Assembly (NCBI GenBank): GCA_002189035.1
Contig: NEEC01000017.1
Span: 496,001 to 560,000 of the forward strand
Length of the DNA: 64,000 nucleotides
Reading direction: 5' to 3'
Source of the DNA: Utricularia gibba
Taxonomy: Eukaryota; Plantae; Magnoliophyta
A program made the position numbers and the translations under genes. Position 1 is the first letter of the stretch, and the number at the start of each line of letters is the position of its first letter. The notes under the pieces are model-generated. The model worked only from the letters and a program-made list of their open reading frames with translations, ran no database searches and was not told the DNA's origin. Positions 24,836-35,160 of this stretch are shown piece after piece.

Positions 24836-26790
24836 ATGAGAAAAGCTGTTTCAGGACACCGCATCTGCGCAGTCGTTGCACTCATCAAAGCCCCAAACCA
24901 TTTGATTCGACTTTCCTACTCGAGTTGTGCGCGCTCTGGGAAATGGGATTCTTCCTCCGCCGCTCTCCCACCTCCCGAATGGGTGCAGCCCTTCAGCGAT
25001 CTTTCAGAGGTTATCATCACGGATTCAAAAACAGACCTCCAGCCATCCCCCTGGGTCCCCAGGATCCTGGAACTCCTTAGCTTTGAACGCTCGGATGGTT
25101 CTGAAGCTCCTAATCTGGAGGAAGACCTTACTGATTTTTGCCACAAGTACCTAATCAGGCTTCCTCCTACTTTTGTTGCGTTTATTCTCAAGAAATTTTT
25201 GCAGTTCCCCAGGCGATCGGAATCCGCTTTTAGGTTCTTTTCCTGGGCTGGGGAGCAAAAGGGTTATGCTCATAATTGGGAATGCTATGAGCTTATGATT
25301 GAGATTATGCGTTTGTCGAATGATATTTGTGGTGTCAAGCTGTTGTTTGATGAATTCAAGACTAAGGGTTTTTTGATGACCGCTTCATCTGCAAATTCCC
25401 TAATCAGGAGTTTTGGGAATGAGGGGATGGTGGAGGAATTATTGTGGGTTTGGAGGAAAATGAAGGACGATGGCGTTGAGCCTACTTTGTATACTTACAA
25501 CTTTTTGATGAATGGTCTTGTAACGTGTAAGTTCATTGAGTCTGCAGAGCAGGTGTTTGAGGTTATGCGCAGCGGGAAAGTTAAGCCTGATCTTGTCACA
25601 TATACTACTCTCATAAAGGGTTACTGCAATTCTGGTAGCGTTCAAAAGGCTGTTAAGAAGTTTAAAGATATGGAAATGTGCAATGTTGAACCTGATGGTA
25701 TCACCTTTTTGACTCTTATTCAGGCGTGTTATTCAGTGGGAGACTATGATTTCTGTTTGCGGCTCTATCATGAAATGCAGGAGAAAGGGTTGGTAGTTCC
25801 ATCACACGTGTACAGTTTAGTTATATGTGGACTTTGCAGGGAAGGCAAGTCCATGGAAGCGTTTACTGTCTTTGAGCATATGATTTCGAAGGGTTTCAAG
25901 CCTAATGTGGCTATCTATACTGCTTTAATTGATGCACATGCAAAAAATCGAAACTTGGACATGTCAATGATGCTCTTTCACCAGATGCAAGATGAAGGTT
26001 TCCCCCAGACGAGGTGACATATGGTGTGATTGTGAATAGCCTGTGCAAGAGCAGGAGATTAGATGAGGCCTTGCAGTGGTTCGATTACTGCAAACGAGCC
26101 GGTGTTCACATAAATGCTGTATTATACTCTAGCCTCATTGATGGCCTTGGAAAGGCAGGGAGAGTGGAAGACGCAGAAACCATCTTCGAAGAGATGGCTG
26201 AAAATGGATGTCCAAGAGATTCATATTGCTACAATGTGCTCATTGATGCATATGCAAAAAGTGGCATGATGGACGAAGCCCTATCCCTTTTCAAGAAAAT
26301 GGCAGATGAGGGGTGTGATCAGACAATATACACATTCACCATTCTGATAGATGGTCTGTTCAAGAAGCACCGGAACGAAGATGCATTAGCCCTATGGAAT
26401 TCGATGATGGACAAAGGTATAACCCCAAATGCTGCTGCATTCAGGGCTCTTTCAACTGGTCTCTGTCTTTCAGGTAAAGTAGCCAGAGCTTGCAAGATCT
26501 TAGACGAGTTGGCTCCATTAGGCTTATTACTGCCCTCCGCTTTCGAGGACATGATCAGCGTTTTGTGCAAAGCTGGTAGAGTCATGGAAGCTTGCAAGTT
26601 AGCCGACGGGGTGATCGATCGTGGGCGTGAGATTCCCGGCAGAGTTCGCACCGTGATGATCAATGCATTGAGGAAGGCAGGCTATGCTGATCTTGCTATG
26701 AAACTTATGCATAGTAAGATTGGAATAGGGTATGACAGATTCAAAAGTATTAGGAAACGAGTCAAGTTTCGAAGCCTTGTGGAGACATGA
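24836..26790 (+). CDS. P-class pentatricopeptide repeat protein (At1g03560-like, recalled); one apparent 1-nt deletion
   Basis: Tandem 35-aa PPR motifs (TYNFLMNGL, TYTTLIKGYC, YSSLIDGLGKAGRVEDAE). One C added at 26002-26006 gives GFPPDEVTYGVIV and fuses the two listed ORFs. Confidence 0.93.
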
Positions 26791-26925
26791 TGCAGCTCAT
26801 TGCTTCAAGGAACAGAAATCTCCATGAATTCAAATGTACCCATATTTTTTTTTTTTTTGTGAAAGAACAAGAGTATGAGCTTGTTTGCACAAGGAAAACA
26901 ACGCGCCGCCGTCTGCGGTTTTTCT

Positions 26926-27688
26926 TCAGAGAAAGATGAAGCATTCTAAGGAAACGACTGGGTTGTCGAGGGACTCCTCACCAGTCGTTACGGCGTCGTT
27001 AGAAGGCGCGGTGACGGCCACGCTCTTCTCGTCGGTTGCATTCCGCCGGGCTGGGCTGTCGGTGCGTCTAACGGGCGTCCTTGACCTTCTAGCTGACCCC
27101 TCTCCGGGATCCCGACTGGGAATCCTCTCCTCCCCCACGGTCCTCGGCTGCTCCACTGCTATCCTTCCGCGGCCCCCCTTGCGGCCGCTGTGGGGGTTCT
27201 CCTTTCCGGCGAAGAGGCAACCGGCTTCCGGCTGTGAACTCTCTCCCCATTGGTACCATTATTCCTTGTGGGGGTGGGAGCACGTGGCTTCCGCACCGGA
27301 GGCCTCTGGTCAACCACCACTCCTCCTTCCTCGTCGGCATCTTTCTTCTCCACCGGCGCCGCCGCATTCGATAAACTCTCGCTGTAGCTCAACATTTCCG
27401 AGGATTCAGAGACAATTTCCGCAGTGGGTTTCTTCTCCTCAACGTTCACTTTCCTCTCTTGGGTTATCACCCTTCTCGGAGAGTTGTGAACCACCGCCAC
27501 CGCCGCCGGCCCAAACTCCACCTTCCACGCCGGCGGAGTACTACCCTTAACTCCCCATCCTCAACCTTGGGAACAATGCGCGTCTCGGAGAGCACTTCTT
27601 TGACGGTTTCCTCTTCAACAGGAGGCGATCTGGTGCCAAGGTGCCCTTTATCCCCTTTCTGAATACCTGAACTCACACAGCACCCCAT
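26926..27688 (-). CDS. Ser/Arg/Pro-rich uncharacterised plant protein (MGCC...SLECFIFL family); two apparent 1-nt deletions
   Basis: Conserved termini MGCCVS, PPVEEETVKEVLSET, RDPGEGSARRSRTP and ESLDNPVVSLECFIFL* lie in three frames. One added base at 27553-27556 and one near 27173-27178 join them. Confidence 0.8.
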
Positions 27689-28737
27689 TCCGGCGACTGA
27701 TCGGAATAAGCCCAGCAAAAGGTAAACGGGGGGTAGTTACTTGTTAGAAGGGCATATCAGAAGAGTATATTTTTAGCGGAGATCTGAGGAAGCAAGGAGA
27801 TTGAATGAGGAAGAAGACAGATGTAGACATGACAGATAGATGAGTTTTTTTTTCTTTTCTTTCTCCTCCTCCATAAAAGAGGAGATGCTTTGGAGCAGCT
27901 ATCGTCTGTGTTCACGCGCTATACCGCCCCATTTTCATTATTTTGGCCATTGTTTCTCTGTCGGCCCACTTCTCCCACAACCCAATTTCCTACCCAAACA
28001 TTGGCATGTTCATTGATTACGGAGCTCGGACTGTGCCTCTGACTCATACAAGAACCTAACCAGTACCCAGTTGAGAAGGGACATAGCTGCTAAGGAGATT
28101 CCAATTCGGTGGAAACAGCACAGAAACGGGCATCTAAAGAGTCTGAAGGCGTCTAAATATGGAGGAATGAGGCTGAAGTAGCTGAAAGATCTGGTTTTGT
28201 TGCATCTTGTAAGGGCATCATTCATAATACAGATGCAAACTCCATGTTTCCGACTCATGGCATTGTAATGTAAATCTGAACTTCAGATGGCACAGAGGTG
28301 AGTCAGAAACACGGGGAGCTAAGTTTGCAAGCTGTGGAGGATTTGCATCTGCCAAAATAGCTGATGCTGAAGGAGGTGGTTGTCTTGAGCACTCTGCTGA
28401 TGATGGCAAAGGGTTTTGCTTTTGAAAACTAATCAAGGAACCTTCACGGCTCTGATCTTGCTACCAATAAACAGCATTGCTGTCCTGCGCACAAGCTATA
28501 CATATCAAGTGCTCTACTGAAGCAATTTTAGCAGTTTATATTTTTCTCTTCGGTTTTCTTCCCCTATCATGACAAGCTTATATGTTCTTTCACCATTTTC
28601 CTCACATCAAGCATGACATAATAATTCTTCCAAACCAATAAAGTGTACCATGGTTGAAGAAGATGATAAATAATGTGGGTACCCTTCGGCTTATATGATA
28701 AAGCATCGCTGTAAAGGGAGCAGTTGAGATATTACCT

Positions 28738-29790
28738 CTAGTTTGCAGAAGTCTCAGCTAGATTCAAGAACTTTTCAACAATATCACCCGGCAAAAGATC
28801 AGTATAATAACCTTCTCCAACCACCATGCCAGCTTCCCTGCCAAGTCGCTCGACTTCTCTCTGGACTTGTTCCCCTCCAACTGCACAGGTATCCAGCAGA
28901 TTGCAAGCCACTTCGATGATCCCTTTTCCATGAGCCAGAGCCATGGATTGAACTGATGAAAGCCCCCTCCTCTCTCGCTGACTTGCTTTGCAATTCGTCG
29001 GACTGCATCCATGTTAGTCGAGAATATTGGAACATTATAGTTGTTCACCCAATGTGTAGCGCCGATCACAACCACACCCTTTTTTGGTACTGCATAAGGA
29101 GGGCCCTTGTCCGGATTCAGCCGCAAGATTTCCATGTTGAGCCCACCAGACCAATGATCATTACCAGAGTTTGGCTTGAAATAACCCAGCTCCCTTCTCA
29201 ATGAGTCCAGTGTCCTGCCTTCCGAGTTTGCTGCCCCATACAAGAATGTAGCAACTGCAAGCTATACACACGGTGATTGAGAAAGCTTGAATATTCATAA
29301 TGTCTACAAACTAGTGAAAGATACTGAAGTGCAGCATTCATTCTCAGAGGCATAAACACAAACATGTATCGTGCATACCAAAGACAACAAGCTGACCTTG
29401 GAGTTTTGAACCGACATCAGCAGCCAATGCCCCTGCAGTATTAGAGAGGTTCTCCAACGAAACACCAGTCAAGGGATGGAAACAGATATGATCCACAACT
29501 CCAAGCCTGGGATGGCTTCCACAATGCTTGTCAAGATCAACGGTATCAAAAGCTGCCTTCACCATTTCAAAAACAGAACTTCTCAAGGGGCATGAAACTG
29601 GGTCCATTGGGTCCATCTCCGAAACGAGCGTATACCCAACTCTGTTATAAATCGCATCCTCGAACTTGTTGACTATGGCGGCCTCCGGAAATCTCCTTGC
29701 GGCTTGCTCGATGGCATCCAGAGCAAACTTGTTCCTGCTCTCAGAAATATACACTTTGCAACAGGCCAGAATTTGCTTCAGCATTTTCAT
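28738..29790 (-). CDS. Glutamate formiminotransferase-like (FTCD N-terminal domain) protein, 2 exons; one apparent 1-nt deletion
   Basis: Exons 29790-29397 and 29254-28738: CCKVYISESRN, NRVGYTLVS, HPRLGVVDHICFHPL, IGATHWVNNYNVP, IEVACNLL. One base added at 28963-28967 restores VSERGGGLSSVQSMALAH. Confidence 0.9.
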
Positions 29791-29899
29791 TCAAGAAATG
29801 AATTTTATGCTAAACCAAGACGACAACGATAGAAAGAACAGCCATAACCTCTCTATCCCGTTCGACCATAGCTTTCGGTGGGCACGAGTCAGACCGCGC

Positions 29900-29995
29900 G
29901 TGGAGACACAGTTCTTTGGGCCGAAACGGACCAAAACAGCCCTGCCCATCTAGAAAAGAAGCCCTAATCCAGCACGGGGTGTGTATAAATACCGA
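29900..29995. promoter_or_regulatory. Divergent promoter: site II, telo-box-like and TATA motifs
   Basis: TGGGCC ~29917, GCCCA ~29945, AAGCCCTAAT ~29959 and TATAAATA ~29984 (+ strand), between the FTCD-like ATG and the snoRNA cluster. Confidence 0.55.
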
Positions 29996-30149
29996 GTTTT
30001 CTCACAGCGGCGTTTAGCTTGCAGAATCGTCGTCCTCTTTAGAAGTTCTTTGGGTTCCTGCTGTTTTTGTTATCTTTTGTTTTCACGAATGTTGAATGCA
30101 TTTTGCAATCGATTTGAATCTCGATATTCATGTACGTCTTGAATTCGCA

Positions 30150-30293
30150 CGTAGCTACCCGGGCTCTTCTGAATTATAAGGATGTAGAAAGGCGTCCCAA
30201 TGCTCGTGCTACAGAGATGGCGTCTAGTGTTGCAGATTTGTCGCAACGTACCCTTCTTCACGATTAATCTGTGTCAAATTGACGACGACATCT
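30150..30293 (+). ncRNA. Box H/ACA snoRNA, probable snR35/SNORA13 counterpart
   Basis: Two hairpins (GTAGC/GCTAC; CGTC/GACG with GCAGATT/AATCTGT). Hinge AGAGAT is one mismatch from ANANNA; ACA at 30288-30290. The 3' pocket GTGTT + GTCAAATT is complementary to 18S AAUUUGAC-U-C-AACAC (recalled). Confidence 0.8.
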
Positions 30294-30461
30294 ACCCTTT
30301 TCTTGCTATTTTTTTTCTTTCGTCTAGTGAATGGTTGTCGGCCAGCAAGTTTGGATCTTGCCTATTACCTGTTTGTTGCCCCTTTTTCTGGGATTTTCAA
30401 TACAAGATTGGTTGGGTTTTGTGATAATTGAATCCTGTACTCTGCACCTTGTTTCCAGTTT

Positions 30462-30548
30462 CGGCTATGACGATTTGCATACAGCTACAATACGCCAGTT
30501 CTGCTTCAGAAAATTCATGAATGATATAGTTGTTACATAACCGAGCCA
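30462..30548 (+). ncRNA. Box C/D snoRNA, U38 (SNORD38/snR61)-like
   Basis: Terminal stem GGC/GCC, box C ATGACGA (30467), guide CGCCAGTTCTGCTT (30493-30506) complementary to 25S AAGCAGAACUGGCG (recalled), D' CAGA, C'-like ATGAATGA, box D CCGA (30541). Confidence 0.8.
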
Positions 30549-30625
30549 CCCGAGTGTTTGAATCATTAGTATTTTTTTTTGGTTAAACTCGCACTTTTTC
30601 CTTTTGTTTATGGATCGGTGTACTA

Positions 30626-30743
30626 TCCTGTGATGACATTCTGGAAAATGCATGAGCAGCAGTGAACCCAAGTCCCTGTTATGCAGGGAGAACCTACTTG
30701 GTGAATCTGTTTCGCAAGTGATCATATTCCACTATCTGAGGGC
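30626..30743 (+). ncRNA. Box C/D snoRNA candidate, tandem copy 1
   Basis: Box C GTGATGA (30630), box D CTGA (30736), short terminal stem, internal hairpin CCCTG/CAGGG, C'-like GTGATCA. Confidence 0.65.
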
Positions 30744-30817
30744 ATTTCTACTCACTTCACGCTGTGCGTATGAATTTCTATTGGCAAGAGACTGGTTTTT
30801 ATGCTTTTCTAGCACTA

Positions 30818-30935
30818 TCCTGTGATGACATTCTGGAAAATGCATGAGGTGCAGTGAAGCCAAGTCCCTGTAATACAGGGAGAACCTACTTGGTGAATCT
30901 GCTTCGCAAATGATCATATTCCACTATCTGAGGCC
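30818..30935 (+). ncRNA. Box C/D snoRNA candidate, tandem copy 2
   Basis: Box C GTGATGA (30822), box D CTGA (30928), same hairpin and C'-like ATGATCA; 192-bp offset from copy 1. Confidence 0.65.
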
Positions 30936-31813
30936 ATTTTTTCTCACTTTCCACTGTGCATATGAATTTCGATTGGCAAGTTAATCATATTCAACACACT
31001 CCGGCTCATTTGAATTCATTCTCTGCTTGTTCCATTCTAATGGGGCTTGCACCTGAGTTTAACTATACCCTTGTCCCAAAACTGATGGGGCCTGGGTCTG
31101 AAAAACTCGTAAATCAAAGTATTGCCATCAGCTTCATCTCCCGAATACCCACGAGAATGGAGTTAAATGCCAATACAATACACCCCATACCCCTTTCTTG
31201 AACTTCTCCATGTGCAGGTTGTATTCTTCAATCATCTTCGTCGGAAGTTCCGTCGGCGGAGGCGCGCTGCCGCTAAACTTTCGTTTGCCTGAAAACTGAG
31301 GCGTCGGAAGTGTTGTACTGTTGTTCTTTTTTGAATGCCGTTCTCTATAAATTCCCATTTGGTAATTTTGAAATCTCGTAATATTAAAATAAAATGTTAC
31401 TATTTCATGTAATTAAATTATATATTTTTTAATGTTATAACTCTAATTATAAAATGATTTTTATTAAATAGCCATTTATATAAAATAAATTTATTTTTAA
31501 TAATAAAATAAAACGTATTATTAAACGAATCTATGGAATCATGGCCAATAAAATTTGTGCGAAAAAATAAGATAATTTGTTGTATATTATTATCAAATAT
31601 GACAATTTTTTATTTATTTTCTTTTTAATGGCATTTTAAAATAAAAATAATAGGTCAAAAATTGTATAGAAGGTGACAAGTGTAAACACTGGAAAAAAGG
31701 CTTCCGATCTCCGGGATTTTCGGGTATAAATAAAAACACGCACCATGGCGCATGAATCCATTTCGTTAGGGCTGCTGCTCCCTTCTCGTTTCTTGAGAAG
31801 CAAGTTTTGCGGA

Positions 31814-34374
31814 ATGAGCGGCTACTCATTTTTCCAGAGAGCTTTCAAGGCTTACAGCTCCAATCGACACCTCGGAAAGATCCTCGTCGTCGTCACTCTT
31901 GGGTTTGTATACGTCCGATTGCTTTTCTTTTATTATTTTTTTGTTGTGTTTCTGCGTTTTAAGATGTGTGTGGCGCCGATGAGCTGTCGTCCATAAGGAT
32001 TGATGGAAAGTTGGGAATTTGTATGGATGATGAGTGTAGTGATCGGTGTTGTTGATGCTGCAGGGGAGGAGGAGGACTCGCATTGTCCAATGAAGGATAT
32101 GGAACCTTGACGCCTGCTTTTGCGAACGCGGATGGCGTTCGTAAGAAAAAGGTGGTGGTTCTCGGAACCGGGTGGGCAGGGACAAGTTTCCTCAAGAATT
32201 TGAAGAATCCGACGTACGAGGTTCATGTTGTGTCCCCAAGAAACTATTTTGCTTTCACTCCTCTCCTGCCGAGCGTCACAAACGGCACTGTTGAAGCTCG
32301 AAGCATCGTCGAGCCGATCCGCAACATTCTCGGAAAGGTGGAACAGATAGTACATTGTAGGAATTTGATTGATACTGATACTAATGAAAAATTCTTCTCC
32401 AATGAATTGCAGAAGAAGTTTGACGCTGAATTTAGGGAGGCTGAATGTTATAAAATTGATAGAGAGAAAAAGAAAGTTTACTGCAGGTCCAGCCAGCAAT
32501 CTGATTTTGGTGAGCAGGAGGAGTTTACTTTGGATTATGACTACCTTGTTCTAGCAATGGGTGCACGTCCTAATACTTTCAGCACCCCTGGTGTTGAGGA
32601 GAACGCACACTTTTTGAAGGTTGGAGAGTTCAATGAACACTTCGCATTTAAAATACTTCTTAAAGGGCTTGTTTTCGGATGTCATGTGGGATTGAGTTTT
32701 TTTCCTCATCCTGTGCATTTGTCCTGTAGGAAATAGAGGATGCGCAGAGAATTCGCAACTCTGTGATAAACTGTTTTGAGAGAGCAAGTCTTCCAAGTGT
32801 GAGTGAGGAGGAAAGGAAGAAGATTCTGCATTTTGTTGTTGTGGGGGGTGGTCCTACCGGGGTAGAGTTCGCAGCTGAGCTTCATGATTTTGTAACTCAG
32901 GATTTAGCAAAGCTTTATCCCAGTGTCAAAAGCCTGGTCAAAATCACACTTCTCGAGGCTGGTGACCACATCTTAAACATGTATGTCAGTCAGCTCCTTG
33001 TTAGTTGCCTGTTTGTTGTTTTCTTCTACATTTTATTTACTGAAAAAGGCCCATTCTTGCGAAGGTTTGACAAAAGGATAACGCTTTTTGCTGAGGATAA
33101 GTTCAAAAGAGATGGGATCAATCTGAAGGTTGGTTCCATGGTAACAAAAGTGACTGAAAAAGAAATAATGACTAAAGAAAGCGCAACAGGCGAAGTCGTT
33201 TCCATACCTTACGGCATGGTTGTGTGGTCAACAGGCATTGGAACTCGCCCGGTGGTGATGGATTTTATGAAGGAAATTGGGCAGGTATTTGTTCAGTTTA
33301 CTGATGCACATTGTTACTTGCTAGTTCTCACTTGTTTTATACCCAATTCGGAAGGCAAACCGGAGAGTACTTGCCACAGATGAGTGGTTGAGAGTCCAGG
33401 GATGTGACAATATTTATGCTTTGGGTGACTGCGCCACGATAAATCAGCGTAAAGTCATGGTATGTATACCTGAAAACGGTTTACTGGTATAAAGAGGATG
33501 TGCTCTTGCTGATTTAAGATTCATTTTAACAACTTGTCATCAGGATGACATAGCTGCTATATTCAGCAAAGCAGACAAAAATGGCACCGGGCACCTTCGG
33601 GCTGAGGACTTCAAAGAAGTGATCAGCGATATTTGTGACAGGTACCCGCAGATAGAAATCCATTTGAAGAAGAAGCAACTCAAGAACTTCAACAATCTTC
33701 TCAAAAATTCTGGAGGAGATGAAGAATTGGATATTGATAAGTTTAAGATAGCGCTTGCTGGGGTTGACACGCAGATGAAAAACCTCCCAGCAACAGCACA
33801 GGTTTGGTGTCCCCCCTAGTGATTCATGTACTATTTTTAGGTAGACTGAAAATTTTCTTTAATCTCATACTGCAGGTTGCTGCCCAACAGGGCCAATATC
33901 TTGCTGACTGCTTTAACCGCATGGAGATATGCGAGAAGAAACCTGAAGGTCCTCTACGCTTCCGAGGAGAAGGGAGGCATCGGTTCCGGCCATTTAGGTG
34001 ATAAAAACTTCTCATGTTTCGGTGGCATGAACTTTCAGATCTGCTTTGTCTTACATGTCAACCAATCCCTTGGATGAAGGTACAAACACTTTGGTCAATT
34101 CGCACCTCTGGGAGGGGAACAAGCCGCAGCTGAGCTCCCAGGGGATTGGATCTCAATTGGTCATAGCACACAGTGGCTGTGGTACTCTGTTTATGCCAGG
34201 TGAACGAATAATTCCACCTAATTACTATGCTATTCAGTCTGTCTTCTGCTTAGTGTAAATGCTGACTTGGGCCATCATATCTGCAGCAAGCAAGTCAGCT
34301 GGCGAACAAGGTATTTGGTTGTAGCAGACTGGGGAAGGCGCTTCATCTTCGGAAGGGACTCCAGTCGAATCTGA
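31814..34374 (+). CDS. NDB: External type II NAD(P)H dehydrogenase, NDB family with EF-hand, 10 exons, intact
   Basis: KKKVVVLGTGWAG, SPRNYFAFTPLLPSV, VVGGGPTGVEFAAELHD, YALGDCAT, EF-hand-like DKNGTGHL, LPATAQVAAQQG, FGRDSSRI*. All introns GT-AG and in frame. Confidence 0.95.
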
Positions 34375-34656
34375 GACGAACAGATCAAGTTACCAGAAGG
34401 CAACCACAACATTTGATTTCACATTCTTATAGCGCGCACTGTTGGATTGGGTAGCGATGCATCTCTGCTGCATTTTTTGGGGTGATTGAAACTTTCACAA
34501 TTCCTGAAAACTAGCAATATCATGACAGCTTTTTTTTTTTTCTTTTATCATACTGTGATTCTGTTCTAATGCTAGGAAAGAAGAAGCATGGTTGAAGTAT
34601 TCACGGAAGACAACAATCTTAACCAGTTGCACTGTGTATACTCCATGACAGCCGAA

Positions 34657-35160
34657 TCATTTTTCGTTCATCTCATGATCTTCTTCCACATAAGGTCTGG
34701 CAGGGCCATCTCCGACATCGATGGTGAAAAAAGATTTTCTTCCAATCAATTCAGCTACCCTTTTAGTAGGCCCTGAGTGCCGAGGGCTGTCTCTCAGGCA
34801 ATGACATACCCTGAGCTTTGGAAGCAGGTCTGGAATCCCTGTGATCCACGATAAAGGGGACTTCTCTTCCTGCAAACTACTGTCAGGAAGAGCAATCGGC
34901 CTTGGCATCTCCCATCTCTTCTTCATCCTGATTGTAGTTCCGAAGATTTTGGTATCAGTTGCAGTTCCCCTTGACTTCTCTGTCGACAGAGAACGCTTTT
35001 TTTCGCATCTTTTGCTCTTATTCTCTGTCAGTGATCTGTTTCTGGTTGAAGAAGCTGTAGCACTCTGATGGTATCTGCTGGCCACCACTCTTCCTGGCTT
35101 CTTCCAAGCAGCAGGTACTGATTTCTGGCCGAAAAGTTTCTTGGGTTGAATACCATTCAC
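34657..35160 (-). pseudogene. 3' half of an At4g28230-like gene (recalled), separated from its 5' half by retrotransposons
   Basis: IQPKKLF, KPGRVVASRY, MKKRWEMP, LLPKLR, SPRHSGPTKRVAEL match the C-terminal motifs of the family whose N-terminus lies at 43590-44240. Confidence 0.7.

Noticed and set aside
30320-30410. Extra hairpin (GCAAG/CTTGC) between the H/ACA and U38-like RNAs as a fifth snoRNA
   Set aside because: No H box or correctly placed ACA, and no C/D boxes.
30956-31358. Short ORFs between the snoRNA cluster and NDB (MIEEYNLHMEKFKKG...)
   Set aside because: No recognisable domain in any frame, even allowing one frameshift.
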